Source: the human T2T-CHM13v2.0 reference genome, Homo sapiens
Reading direction: 5' to 3' (one strand)
Length of the DNA stretch: 64,000 nucleotides
NCBI RefSeq assembly: GCF_009914755.1
Contig: NC_060925.1
In this document: positions 15,663 through 29,669 of the stretch, piece by piece
Numbering within the stretch: the first letter of the stretch is position 1
Layout: each line of letters begins with the position of its first letter
Translations under genes and position numbers: made by a program
Notes under the pieces: generated by a model
Databases searched by the model: none
Told to the model about the DNA's origin: nothing
The model's input: the letters and a program-made list of their open reading frames with translations, nothing else

Positions 15663-15722
15663 GATAGATGCATTTTCTGATTGCCTCCTTTGGAAAGGCT
15701 TATCAGAAACTCAAAAGAATGA

Positions 15723-16002
<280 letters not shown>

Positions 16003-17223
16003 AGAAACTCAAAAGACTGCAGCCATTTGTCTCTCACCTACCTGTGACCTGGAAGCCTTCTCTCTGCTTCAAGTTGTTCCACCTTTCTGGATGGAACCAA
16101 TGTACTTCTTACATATACTGAATGATGTCTCATGCCTCCCGACAATGTATAAAACCAAGCTGTGCTCCAACCATCTTCGGCACATGTTTCCAGGACTTCC
16201 TGAGGCTGAGTCACGGGCGCGCATGCTCAACTTTGGCCAGATAAACTTTCTAAATTAACTGAGACCTGTCTCAAATTTTTGGGGTTCACATTTTGGTAAC
16301 CACGAAGGGATTCTGAACGTGGATGCCCCTGACCTTTGACAAATTTCCTATCAGTGCTTGTTAACAGCATGAGCTAACTTTATGGCTCAAACCAATAGGA
16401 CCATTTGCTGAGGTCTGAGAGCACCCCCTTCAGAGAATCCCTGATCTCCCAAAATTTGCTAGGGATCTAAAGTTTATTTTGCTGTACAACTCCCTTTTTT
16501 TTGGAGTTTTACTTGCTTCCAACACAAGAATGGCAAGTTTTTCCTGCTTCCGTGACGATGGAAGGCAGGTAACTCCTTTATGGAGTTTGAGCTTGCTTCC
16601 AACAGGGAAAATGAGGGTTTTTTGGTTTGTTTGTTTTTTCTTTCCTGCTTCTAAGATGGTAGAAAGCAGTCTTCAGCCTGAGACCCATCCCTAGGTAAGT
16701 AACTGACTTGGGGTTTTCCTTGGCTCAAGTTAAGATTAACAACCAGCTGGTCTTAATTTCTCCTCACAATTAGAGCGCTCAGTGATGATGTTGTTGGGGA
16801 TTTTTGTTGTTGTTTGTTCTGGTTTGAAGTTGCTGTTTAAGGATCCTAATTCTAGTTCAAAGATGCATTCTACAAAGTCTTTATTGCTTTTTCTCCCAAA
16901 TTTAATCTTAATTCGGTTTGTCTGTGTGCATTTGGATGAGGAACTGAACTGTTGTTTTCATATGTTAATGAGAGACTGAGTTTTCTCAGCTCCAAAGGAA
17001 AAGGGCATTTGCTCCTCCAAACTGAAAGGTGCCCCTGGGTACCCTGGGACCTCGTGGAAGTATCTGGGCAATTGTGGCCCTGCAGGGAAATCCCCAACAA
17101 AAATTAATTTTAAAAATGGCTTGTCCAGGAAATATATATAAGGGCTAATGACCCAGCATTTTGAGCCCTCTCTGAGGTCACAGACCTCTGGAGAGAGAAA
17201 CTGAGACACAGTAAGAAGGTGGA

Positions 17224-17520
17224 GGCCGGGCGCAGTGGCTCATGCCTGTAATTCCAGCACTTTGGGAGGCCGAGGCGGGCGAATCACGAGGTCAGGAAAT
17301 CGAGACCATCCTGGCTAACATGGTGAAACCCCATCTCTACTAAAAATACAAAAAATTAGCCAGGCGTGGTGGCGGGCACCTGTAGTCCCAGCTACTCGGG
17401 AGGCTGAGGCAGGAGAACGGTGTGAACCCGGAGCGGGCGGAGGTTGCAGTGAGCCTAGGTCGCGCCACTGCACTCCAGCCTGGGCAACAGAGCAAAACTC
17501 CGTCTCAAAAAAAAAAAAAA
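17224..17520 (+). mobile_element. AluY in the ERV internal region
   Basis: AluY-type atcgagaccatcctggctaaca. TSD aagaaggtgga at 17213-17223 and 17521-17531. Confidence 0.93.
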
Positions 17521-19363
17521 AAGAAGGTGGAAACGACTCAGTGGTGACACACAGTGGAGTCCTGTCCACAAACGGCACATATCAATCCACCACACAAAAA
17601 CCCCAGGCCACAGCTCTGTTCCTCCTTTAGAAAAAAAATAAAAATAAAAAAATAAAAAGTGGGAAATAAATAATCTAAGAGTGAGGTGAAAACAAGCAGA
17701 ATGCATCTTTCTAGCATTCCATAGGTTTCACGGCACCTCTACTTGCCAAAGTATACGTAAAATGGAAATAATATGGTCTTTGTGCACATTTACAAGGTCA
17801 ACCTGCAAACTATAGAGTTCCTAAGTCCTCTTTTTCTCTATTTTTTTTCCTTTTCTGCCTGCTCTAAATCTGCTGTTACTTTTCTGTTAAGATAAAAACC
17901 AGTTTTGATCCAACAAGTTCTTTTAGCAAGCCAGTGAATTTGTATTTATCTCGTGGCTAAAAGTTCTGAAGTAAAAGCTATAGAATCTGTGTGTATGTGC
18001 ATTAAAAAGACTTTTATAATTTCTACAATTTTATGTTTAATGGCAATTAAATCCGTTTTCATTTCCTTCTAGCACATAAAACTTTTTCTCTCCGCATCTT
18101 ATAATGTAAATTTTGCTATCTGACTTTCACCTGAGTTGTTTCCTTTAACATGCACATTTAAGGCTATTTAGCTGACAACTGCCCAGGGTTGTGAAACAGG
18201 TTATCAAGAATCAGAAAATCTAAGATAGGAAAAAATGAAAAAAAAAAGGTTTTTATGAACCTATAAAATGTCCTTCTATTTGCATGCCTAATATGTCTAT
18301 GTATCTATGTGTTGTGTACACAATGTTTCACTACTAAAAATATATAAAAGAGCTCTAATTAATTGGCTTAAAAATAAAAGCACTTAAATCAGGTACTAAA
18401 AAGGAAAAGACTAGTCAAATGCTTTTTCGAGTTTATGTAACTTAAGTAAAATCTTTAATAAATAAGCTAGCTTTAAAATTACTGGTAAAGTAACATTAGA
18501 AATGTCCTAAGAATTGCCAGCATACATTTTGTTTGCATTTATTAATCAAGCAATTTCATACTTATCCCTGACAAATACTATAAGGTGTCAAAATTTGGCA
18601 AAGGGTTTATAAAACCATAAACCCAGCCCAAGACAGAATGACCTTTGCTCTGTAATCTTTAATAAATAAGACATTAATATTGGCTTAATGAAAATAGCTC
18701 ATCTTGAATTATTTAGTAAGATTACCATAACTTCTAAACCTGTGGCTTTAGGCATTCTAGTCCACAGGCAATAAGGAGGTTTGTTTTGGGAAAGAACTGT
18801 TATCATCTTTGTTTCAAAGCTAAACTATAAACTAAGTACCTCCCAAAGTTACTTTTGCCTGTGCCCAGGAATGAACAAGGACAGCTTGGAGGTTAGAAGC
18901 AAGATGGAGTCAGTTAGGTCATATCTTTTTCACTGTCTCAGTTATAATTTTGCAATGGCGGTTTCATAACTTTAAATCATGACTACTGCAGTTTTCATAG
19001 GTCATATAGGTAAACAATTAAAATAATTAGGTAAATGTAATGGAATAAATACTTGTAGACAAACTTGTCATAATTTAGAATCTAAGGTTATATTAAATTC
19101 AATAATTGATATTTCATTATTTATTTTCCAAAAAGTTTATATTGTAGAAAAACATTCTTGGTAAAAATAACAAAGAGTGTATCATTTTAAAAAAACGGTG
19201 AACAAGTTTTGTCTAATTCAAAGTTTATTTAAAGGTTATATATAAAACAAGGTAAAAGGAACCAGGAAATAACAGAAATGTAAAGAAAGTTATAAAAATA
19301 AACAGGTTTTTGTGTGGTAAGAAAGCTTAAAGAGAATAATTTTATATGAGAAAAAAAATCTTT

Positions 19364-19626
19364 GGTCAAGCACAGTGGCTCACGTCTGTAATCCAACACT
19401 TTGGGAGGCTGAGGTGGGCAGGTCACCTGAGGCCAGGAGTTTGAGACCAGTCTGGCCAACACGGCGAAGCCCCATCTCTACTAAAAATACAAAAATTAGC
19501 TAGGTGTGGTGGTGTGCACCTATAATCCATCTACCTGGGAGACTGAGAAAGGAGAATTGCTTAAACCCAGGAGGTGGAGAATGGGCAACAGAGCAAGACT
19601 CTGTCTAAAAAAAAAAAAAAAAAAAA
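19364..19626 (+). mobile_element. Alu with a deletion in the right arm
   Basis: Alu consensus jumps from gaggtggag to tgggcaacagagc, followed by a poly-A tail. Confidence 0.9.
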
Positions 19627-22600
19627 GAATCCCATATGGTAAATTTAGTCCTAAAATAAAATGACTGGTTGTTTAAGAAGGAGGGATGTTGTTCAGGACA
19701 AACCAGAAAGTTCAAGCATATCATGAATAATCAGTGTAAATCACAAAAGAGGATTTATTTTAAAAAAAACTTTTATATGATCAAGTTGTCATATTGTTTT
19801 GCTTTGCTTACAAATAAAGAAATTGAGATTAAATTTTTTTTAAATTAAGGTTATTACATCCATGTATCTTTCTGTATCTACTCCTAAAGTACTTGTGACA
19901 TTAAGTTACAGGGTTTTGACTCCTGGGTCTAAAAGGACAAGTCCTGCTAAATCTTAACACTGACAGCAATTAAAGCCTTATCTCCAGGCCCCATAGAAGA
20001 TGCTAATCAAAATAAACGGCATCCCTGAGACACAGGGCCAATAATTAAAGCCATTCAACTCTTCAAGGTCCCGTGACTGTTGTGAAAGAGGTTGGAATGT
20101 GGGATTTTAAGGGCTGCTTTTAAGAGATAAAATAAGTTCAGTTTCTCTATAATCATTACTGTCAAAGGCACACTGATGCAAGACCAGTATATGGGCCCCT
20201 GTGTCAGATTAACAGGGTTTTCTTGAAGCATTAACCAACTCCTTAATAAAGGTTATAAAAGGCATTTGGAAGCTGTATTGCTTTATGTTATGGTCAAAAT
20301 TAAAATTTTATAGTTTATAAAATTTTGAAAAATAAATTTAATTGGCTTCATGCTGTTTTAATTAGGGCTTGTTCAGAAAATTATGTCTCCTTTCTCAAAG
20401 AATGAAGATTTTTGCCTTTTTTTTTTAATTCCTTATCACTTTGGTTAAATGAATGACTTATTTTACAATGACCTATGATCCTATTTCATGGTATCAAGTC
20501 TTTTAAACCTTTGATATTTTACAAACTTTCCAAAATCAATTTATAAATTGTCTTTTCCTGACCTAATTAATCCTTTAAGATATTAGGTCCCCTAAAGTCC
20601 AAAAATGACATAATTTGGCTTATTTGGTATAAAAATTAGACAGGGAGCATTGTCAAATATGAAATGATGTTTGGTTTTCTTTGGGCTATATTTGTATAAA
20701 TGTTATTGGTATGTGTTCCAAAATGATGGGAAACTCCTGTAATTCTGATTTAACTTAGTGAACGTTATCAGTAATTGTAATTGTTGTTAAATTATTGTGT
20801 GCCACAGAGGTAACACATTTGTCAATTGTGTCTTTGATTATGGCTGCCCTAAAATTTTTGTCATCCATGGACAATTGTTGTCTTGTTTTGGTCCTTTTTA
20901 GGTGGTTCTATAATCAACTATGGAACTCAAACAGGTGTTCTTAAATGCAAGTTTCTGATAACTTTGCAGATTGTGACATTAGAATAGAGGGGGAAAAAAA
21001 CTTGCAGGATTCTCATGGAGAGCTGAAGTGTTCATGACTATCAAGCAGAACAGGAGTTAACTCCATAAACTGAACTGACAAGAGACTAAAGCAATCTTTT
21101 TAACTCTTGCTTTAAATGTTGCTTATCCTTTGTTTTTTAGTCTTCAAACTTTTCTTTTGAGCTATTGACAGCTTTTAAGAGTTTAGTATACTCCTATGAA
21201 CAAAATTTTGAGCATATTTGTTTTTCACTACCTGATTTCTCCAGAATTTGGAAATATTTATGAGTATTCTTAACTTATGGTAATACAGTCATTTGCACAA
21301 GTGCAATAAGAATCTGTTTTAATTCGTAACAGGATACAATTGGAGAAATTGGTTATTTTACCAAGGCTTTGACTGAAATAGTGTGCTTTCCTTTAAGGAA
21401 TCAAACGTGACTTATGGAACCAATAAAGCCCTTGGAAAAACTGGCCTCATATTTTGTGTACATAGTCCCTGTACAGGGTTTCTGACCTGTGTTAAGTGAA
21501 GAATGTCACTTTCTGACAGGCCCAGAAGCCTCAGGTTTATCTTGGAACCTCAAGAGGAGAGGAAATTCACCCAACTCATAGGTATTTGATTGCATAAATC
21601 CATGGCTGGGCTTGGCTTTAAAAGAGTCTTATTTGAGATTTCTCCTATGAAAGTCCAAAAAAGCCAGTTTAAAAGCCTATGTAAAAATTTTCTTGTTGCA
21701 TTGTATAGAAATAATTAGGCCAAGTATAATAAAGCAAACCAGTCATACCATGATTTGTCTTTAGTAAAAATGGGAAACTGGAGAGAAAAATTATGTTTCA
21801 AAACTATAGTAGACCTGTTGTTAGATTCTAGTCTTTCCTAATGTTTTCTCAATGTTTATTATTTTCTACAGTTTGGACCAAATTCTAATTTTTCTTGGCC
21901 ACAAGTCTTCAAAATAATGTTTTCAATTTTCTTCCTTCTTTTTTGCCCCATTTTTCCTAAGTTGGAGTCACTGAAAACTAAGCTGTGCTTTCTTAAAGCC
22001 CTGTGAACTGAAGCCAGACAACTTAAACTTCAGAAGAAAATAAACAGCAACCTATTTACATACATAAGCCACTTTCATACCTACTTACTGATGTATGGAC
22101 TTCAGAGTAATATAGCCTATATCAATTTTTCCAGGGTTGTTCTTTTGTTGTTTTTCTCCCTTCCTCCCGTTTCCTCTTCATAGGACATGAGACTTCACAA
22201 TCTGCTAAAAATGAGCTTTGGGACCTAACCCATCTAGGAACAAACTGTCCTAGCCATGAGAGATCAGATAAAACCTGAGACCAGAGACTCATTTTCTTCT
22301 AAAATGTTTTCTCCAAAAGATTTTTTTAAAAAGAAATGGGGGAAATGTAAAAGGAAAATATTTTGGGCCCCAAAATTACTAAGCTAAGGGAGAATTCAAG
22401 CTGGGAACTGCTCAAGACAAACCTGCCTCCCATTCTATTAAATGTCATCCCTCTGCTCACTGATATAGATGCATATTCTGATGGCTTCCTTTGGAAAGGC
22501 TTATCAGAAACTCAAAAGAATGCAACCATTTGTCTCTCACCTACCTGTGACCTGGAAGCCCCCTCCCTGCTTCAAGTTGTCCCTGCCTTTCTGGATGGAA

Positions 22601-22929
22601 CCAATGTACTTCTTACATATATTGATTGATGTCTCATGCCTCCCTAAAATGTATAAAACAAAGACATGCCCTGACCACCTTAGGCACATGTTGCCAGTAC
22701 TTCCTGGGGCTGTATCACGGGTACACATCCTGAACCTTGGCACAATAAACTTTCTAAATTAACTGAGACCTGTCTCAAATTCTCAGGTTCACATACTCAT
22801 GTGAATAATTGACTACTAGATAGCTCTAGTCTAACAGCCATCTCAAAGTGAATATATGCACAATAAAATAATCTCACATTAACTCATAAAACAGTTCTTC
22901 CTCTATTTAAGGAGAACAAACACCTACCT

Positions 22930-24730
22930 TGGAAATTGGAGACAAGTTGAAAACAGAGAATCACAACCTACTGGGAGCAGAAAATGCCACTGAAGCCAGC
23001 AACTTAAAAGACAACTAGCTAACTACTGAAGACTTGAGTGTAGACTAGCTTGAGAGAGAAAATATTCTGGGGATCCCATGGGGGGCCCCTACACTTTCAT
23101 GAGCTTTACCTCCATGTGCCCACAAAGTTCTCAGGATAAAGATTAAAGAAAAATTTCCTCATGGTTCTAGCAGGTGGATAGGAAGTAATCTTTCTAAAAT
23201 ATACCTAGAATGTTATGTTCTCCTTAACAAACACCTGCCCTCAAGGACAACTACTTTACCAGAGCCTAACTAGAGTTTTATCAGGGCCTGACTGACATGT
23301 GGGAATGGAAATACCCAACTCTGGCCCCCAATAGCCATCTTTTCACCCCAAAGAAAAAATGTACTGAAAAGCACTTGTCAAGTCTCATCCCAGGGACAAG
23401 GGCCCATTAAAACACTAAGAGCTAATCATAGGATTGTCCAACCCTTCCCCTCCCCCTACATCTTCCCACTGATAGGAATAGGAAGCAGGGAAATTCTGGG
23501 CAGAAGAAGGCAGGTCCCTGGCGAGGGCCCCACCCTCAAGCCTGGAATCATGGCCCAAAGTGAGAACATACATCTGTGTTTTCCTGCTTGAATGCTGCCT
23601 TTTCAAAACCACCCATGGCCCGCCCTGTCCCACTATCCTGCACCCATAAAAACCCCAGGCTCAGCCAGCAGAAAGAGAAGCAGCTGGACGTTGGAAGTCA
23701 GAGAGAAGTGGCTTGACTTCAGAGGGACAGCTTGATGGTGTAGCTTTGAAGAGGAATCTGGCTGGGGACGGCTGAACTTCAGGGGAAGATTACCCTCCCG
23801 TTCTGTCCCCTTTTCAGCTCCTCTTCCCACTGAGAACCACTTTCACACAATAAAATCCCCTGCATTTACCAGCTTCAACTCTCATGCGACCTCATTCCTC
23901 CTGGACACTGGACAAGAACTCAGGTGCCACGAGTGTGGGTGCAAAAGGCTGTCATGCTGACCCTCCACTGAGCTGTTAACACTTACGCTGTCTGTAGATG
24001 GCAAAGCTAAAAGGGCACTATAACACCTCCTCTGGGGTTTTGGGCATTGTGGATACCCTCCCCTAGATACTGTTGGGGAGTGAGTATGTAGTTTGCTCTT
24101 GAAGGTGCCCAAAAGCACTCACCCTGGCTCCTGCACCCACTCACCTGTGCTCCACCTCCCTCAAGGGGTGGAGCAGCGAGTGAGTGGAGTTCACCCCTGC
24201 CAGCGCCTGCACACTCCAGTTCCCACCTGTGAAGGAGTCACTATCCTGCTTCACCACCATATCTACAGGGCTCCTGTATAATAATTAGATTACAATGGAA
24301 AGAACTGCAAGGCTGAATCTATTTAAGGAGTCCCTAGGGAAACTGTAAAAGACAGAAACAAGGACAGTAGAGGAAACTGATGCCTTACACATTTACAACT
24401 AAACAGTAAACACAGCCTAATTCCTAGCCACACAAACATAAAACACACTATCAGCCTATTTAATCTCAGTTCATATTATCTATACAATATGTTCAGCTTT
24501 CAACAAAAAATTGTAAGGCATATCAAAAGGTACAAAAACAGTGTGAAGAGACAAAGCAAGTATCAGAACCACACTTGGATATGACAGATATTTTGTAACT
24601 GTAAGACTATGAATTTAAAATAATTGTGATTAATATGCTAAGGGTTCTAATGGAAAAAATGGATAACATTCAAGAACAGGTGAGTAATGTAAGCAGAGAT
24701 AAAAACATTAAATAAGAATCAAAAGGAAAC
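22930..24730 (+). mobile_element. Old L1M 5'/ORF1-region remnants, split by a MER50-like LTR
   Basis: L1-like text: aattgtgattaatatgctaagggttctaatggaaaaaatggataacattcaagaacag. Confidence 0.55.
23470..24253 (+). mobile_element. MER50-like ERV1 solo LTR
   Basis: Runs tgataggaataggaagcagggaaattctgggcagaag...tatcctgcttca. TSD CCAC at 23466-23469 and 24254-24257. Confidence 0.8.
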
Positions 24731-25422
24731 AAGAACATGTAAGGAATATAAAGGCACTGGACAGAGAAATAGGATGAAGAGGTGAACAATCAGCAGTTAT
24801 TTTTATTGCAATGGGAGACTTGTCCAGTATTGTAAAGCTAAAGGCAAGAATCTAACACAGGAAAAGAGAAAGTGGAAAACTGACAAATATTTGCTTCATG
24901 AGATCCTTTCCAAGGTCAGGATTAAGTCCTAAAAGAAGGAAGATGAGAAATAACAAATTAGGCCAAACCAAAAGGTTGTAAACTTGTCTGTGAAACTTCG
25001 TTTTAATTAGGTAACATGGCTACTGCAAAAAGTGAAGGTTATACTACTTCCCGTCTCCCACCCCATTCTTTCCTTAATAGATGTTATGAAATTGTCAACA
25101 TTTAAGAAACTCCCAAAGGAATTTTTCTTAGACATCATACTATGAGAGTTGGACAGTTTTTGTATTTTTCAATTTAATAAACTCAATTTAATTTTACATT
25201 AAAATTTCTATACCTTAAGGTGAAAACAAAAACCATACAAGATAAGCAGTAACCAATGTTACTGAAGTAAACACTCATTCATTCAGCAAATATTTATTCA
25301 GCACCTTCTTCAATCTAGGCAATGGATACAGTAGTGAACAAAACAAAAATCTCTGCCTTTTTGGAGTACTATCCTTAGGTGAAGATGGATGAATAAGCAG
25401 GTACACAATAAACTTGTAGAAA

Positions 25423-25751
25423 TTTTTTTTTTTTTTTTTTGAGGTGGAATCTCACTCTGTCGACCAGGCTGGAGTACAATGGCAGTGATCACGGATCACT
25501 ACAACATCACCTTCCCGGTCTCAAGTAATCTTCCCACCTCAGCCTCCAAAGTAGCTAGGACTACAGGCACATGCCACCACGCCTGGCTCAATTTTTTGTA
25601 GAAATGGGGGTTTGCCATGTTGCCCAGGCTGGTTGTGGACTCCCAAGCTCAAGTAATTTGCCCACTGGTTGTGAACTCCCAAGCTCAAGCAATTTGCCCA
25701 CTTCAGCCTCATAAAGTGGTGGAATTACAGGCATGAGCCACTGCGCCTGGC
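25423..25751 (-). mobile_element. Alu (AluJ-like) with internal 36-bp duplication
   Basis: Antisense Alu. Repeated units at 25631-25666 and 25667-25702. Confidence 0.92.
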
Positions 25752-26511
25752 AGGAATAAATTTTATGGAAAAATTCAAGCAAAGGTGAGGGACTGAAGAG
25801 CTCCAAAGGTGAAGTATTATTACTTTATATGGGGTGGTAAAGGACTCTTTGACACAGTGACACCTAAAGGAGGTGAGTCATGAGGTTATCTGGGGGCACA
25901 ATATTCCAAAAAACTGCATATGCACAGGCTCCAAAGGGGGAATATAGTGTGTCTGATGTGTTGTGGGACAACGTGGGATGTAATTAGGCAAGAGGAAGAG
26001 TCTATAGTGAGATCCTGTGGGGCCCTGTAAAGAGTTTTACTGAGTGAAATGGAAAAAACTTGAGAAATGTTTTGAGCAGAACCACATTGATTACTACCTG
26101 GAGGGTGTTGGCAAGGAGACTATTTAGGTGGGTATCACAATGTAACACAGTGATTTACATGGGAGTGGTAGTCTGGATTTATTTGGCAGGTAGAAATGGT
26201 AAAATTTGCTTATAGAGTGAGGTATAAGATAGAAGTCAAGGGTAATCCCAAGGTTTTTCCCCTGAGTAAGTGAAAGAGTGGAATTTGCCATTTACTAAAA
26301 TGAGAAAGATTGCAGTTAATTAGAAAAGACAGAAAATATTATATATTTGGTTTGAGATGTTTATTAACTTATAAGTGCAGGTGTTTTTTCTTAAAATCTG
26401 TTTTCTTGGGAGAGGTCTTAGCCAGAGATTAACATTTGTGAATCATCATTATAGGTGATATTAAAGACATCAGAGTGAAGAGGTTTATGGACTAACCCAG
26501 CAATACCAATA

Positions 26512-26953
26512 CAGTCCTGGATCATCAACAATGAATCACATATACAATGGTGATCTGGTAGCAGAGCTGAAAAATTCCTATTGTCTAACAACGTTGTAGT
26601 TGTCACAACATTCAAGCACAAGACATTACCTTTTCTATGTTTACATACACAAATACTTAGCATTGTGTTACAATTGCCTACAGTATTCAGTACAGTAACA
26701 TGCTATGCAGGTTGGTAGCCTAGAAGCAACAAATGCATTTTCATCATTATGCAAACACCATTTAGTGTACTTACACAAACCTAGATGTATAGCCTACTAT
26801 AGCTTAGGTGTACAGTCTACTATACAATTGTAGCCTAGGTGTATAGTAGCCCATACATCTACGTTTGTGTAAGTACACTAGAAGATATTTGCAAAATGCT
26901 GAAATTGGCTAACAAGGTATTTCTCAGAAGGTATCACCATCGATGCATGACTG
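26512..26953. mobile_element. TcMar-Tigger (Tigger3/MER47-like) DNA transposon relic
   Basis: cagtc...gactg termini with TA flanks. Core sequence cattgtgttacaattgcctacagtattcagtacagtaacatg. Confidence 0.8.
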
Positions 26954-27627
26954 TATTTAGTTATGGTAGTGAGGAACAGATACCAGCAAAGGATCTGGGA
27001 AAGGTGAAACCATGAACCAAGACAAGAACTAGGAAGAGTGGTTTCTCAGAACCCAAATAAAGCTTTTCAAAGATCGAGAAGCGATAAACCCGACCGACAC
27101 TGCTTCATTCAAAAAGAATGAAACTGTGGATCAGCCATTGTATTTGGTTGCATGGCTATTGCTGGCTTTCATAGAAGCTGTTTTGATGGAGTGGTAGGAT
27201 GGACAAAAGCGTGAGTACCATATTCAAGAGAGAATGCAAGGTTCTCTCCCAAGAACTCTCAACAAGTTCCGCTGAAGAAAGATTAGCTGAGGTGGAGGAG
27301 ATTGGAGAGGGGAAGAGAAAACAAATTACTTAGGGAATTTTGGGGGAACTTAGTGGGCAGCATTACGGGCAGCGCTAAGGAACCATTTAAAGTAAGACAA
27401 GTCCACACAGCTGTGTGCTTTTCTACAGTCTTGTTCAACTGCTGCATAACAATAGAATGTTGGAAGCAGGAATTAGTTTTAAAGTAAGATGGTATTGACG
27501 AGACGACAATAAAATACCTCTACTACAGAGCACAGCAATGTTCGGCCTGGTGGCTCACAGAAGCTGAGGCTCTTGAACGTCTGGGCACAGCATGAAAGCA
27601 TCAAGCTTGAGAGACTGCAGGCCTTAA

Positions 27628-28000
<373 letters not shown>

Positions 28001-28189
28001 AGTAGAGATTCTTTTAAAGACTGCGGTAGGTCGATAAAGGAGACATTGTGGCCTAGGAGCTTCAAGGTCTACAGACTGAACCCAGTTAGGGTAGGGCCCC
28101 TTTCCAAATCCAGAAATGGTATCTATTAATAGAAGGGCTCCCTCCGGGTCCCAGGGGGATGGACTACGGTTTTTAGCGCCGGAACTTAC

Positions 28190-28359
28190 AACCCGAAGTT
28201 CTGCTGCTTGTGACTGCCTGCCGGAGAGACTGGCATGGTGGCGACCAGCTGGGGAGTGGTCCACCACCCCTTTTTTTGGCCGCCTCTGAAGTCCCTGTAC
28301 CCCCAAGCTCCTGCGTTAGCGGCTCGGGCCGAGGCTCCGGAATGTTTGCCGGGCGTCAT
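28190..28359 (-). CDS. DNAI4: DNAI4/WDR78 coding exon 1 (170 nt coding)
   Basis: ATG in gccATGa context. Encodes MTPGKHSGASARAANAGAWGYRDFRGGQKKGWWTTPQLVATMPVSPAGSHKQQNFG. Donor TT|gtaagt. Confidence 0.95.
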
Positions 28360-28556
28360 GGCGACGGTGGAGCCCTGGCTCAACAAGCGGCCGCGCGGTT
28401 GGCTGGCGGCACGAGGCCGAGGAGGAGGGCGGAGGCGGAGGGGAGGGCAGAGGGTTGGTGGAGCTGGAGGAAGCTCCGGACGACGACTGGAAGAAGGAGG
28501 CGGGCGGCCCGGGCCTCAGGCCCCTCCCAGGCTCTGAGTCTCCCGGCTGCAGGCGG

Positions 28557-28623
28557 ATGGATGGGGCTTCTTCAGGCGGTGGCGGCAGCAGCGAAGGTGG
28601 CGGCGGCAGCAGCGGCAGCGGCT
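28557..28623 (+). CDS. MIER1: MIER1 exon 1A coding part (long N-terminal isoform)
   Basis: Encodes MDGASSGGGGSSEGGGGSSGSG. Donor T|gtaagt. 67+101 nt keeps frame with exon 2A and the common exons. Confidence 0.85.
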
Positions 28624-29669
28624 GTAAGTGCAGCCTCCACAAGCCATCTCTCCCCTTCTATTCCAGTTTGGGATGAGGGGCTCCTGAGGTGTCCTCAGTC
28701 CCCTTTCTCTCCTTCCCCTCCCCCACGGCAGTGTACCGCCCGGAAGACCCTTAACTTCCGGGGAGGGGCTGCCGCAGAACGCGCCTGGCTTGCTCTCCGC
28801 CGGCTGCCAAAGGCGCATGCGCAGCTTCCTCCCTCTGGCCATCCACTCCCTCCCAGCGCCGCCTTTTTGCCTTCGCGGTGGTGGCGCCGCGCTGGGAATC
28901 CGCTGCGGAGTGAGTTCGCCTCGCCCCGTTCGCTTCGGTCCCTGATCCCAGTCGGGGTGGGGCTAAGCTGACCACCCTGCTGTGGCTCCGCCTCTTTCTC
29001 CTGTATTTCCCTCACTTGTGTCCCATCCCCGGGAGGCTCTCGCTTGCACTGCAGCCTTTATGGTGAGCAGCGCCCTGGGCCAACTTGCCCTTTTCGGATG
29101 GAGTCAGGGAGGGAGGAGAGACTCGAATAGGGTATTACTGTAAGGAAACGAGGTCCTCCTAGCGCGTGGGAGGATCCCTTGGGACAGATGCCCGCCGCTC
29201 TTTACTCTTGTTCTTTCAGCTTGTAGTGGCTAGGTCCCTGGCCTGGAGCCTATCTGTGGTCCCTGCATGCTGTGTAACCTTGAGCGAGTCACTATCCCTC
29301 TCTGGGCTTCAGTTTTCCCTATTTAAAGCTTCCTCCAACGCTAGAATTCTGCATTTCTGCAGAAGAACTTATGTAATTACAAGATTGACTTGGCTATTGA
29401 GGCCGCTTCACCAAGATGACCCGGAGTTGACTGAACCTTCTTCACTTATGGGTGGAATGAGGCGACCTATTTATTGGGTCGCTTTTATTCCTTTATCATT
29501 AGTTACAAATTGCATGACTTAAGGCTCATTAAATGTTTTTCTAAAATTGTCATGGGATCCTTGTCCTGATTCCCGACCATCTTTTTAAAAATGCGAAACA
29601 GGGTGGATGGTGAGCTTGTATCATCGTTTCTGTCTCCTTGCTACTGAGGCTCTCTTTCCTTTGATCCAG

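Larger units (their letters stand above)
28140..29200. promoter_or_regulatory. CpG island / bidirectional promoter of DNAI4 (-) and MIER1 P1 (+)
   Basis: CpG-dense. Divergent ATGs at 28359 and 28557. GC boxes at ~28426-28447, ETS-like ccggaag/acttccgg at 28740-28761, NRF1 palindrome GCGCATGCGC at 28813-28822. Confidence 0.9.

Noticed and set aside
16294-22345. Retroviral gag/pol/env genes in the ERV interior
   Set aside because: No long ORF or RT/IN motifs visible; this is a non-autonomous MER4-int-type interior.
28210-29015. Long overlapping ORFs (253 aa and others) in the first CpG island
   Set aside because: GC-rich, stop-poor sequence with mostly non-ATG starts. They are explained by the real exons and the promoter.
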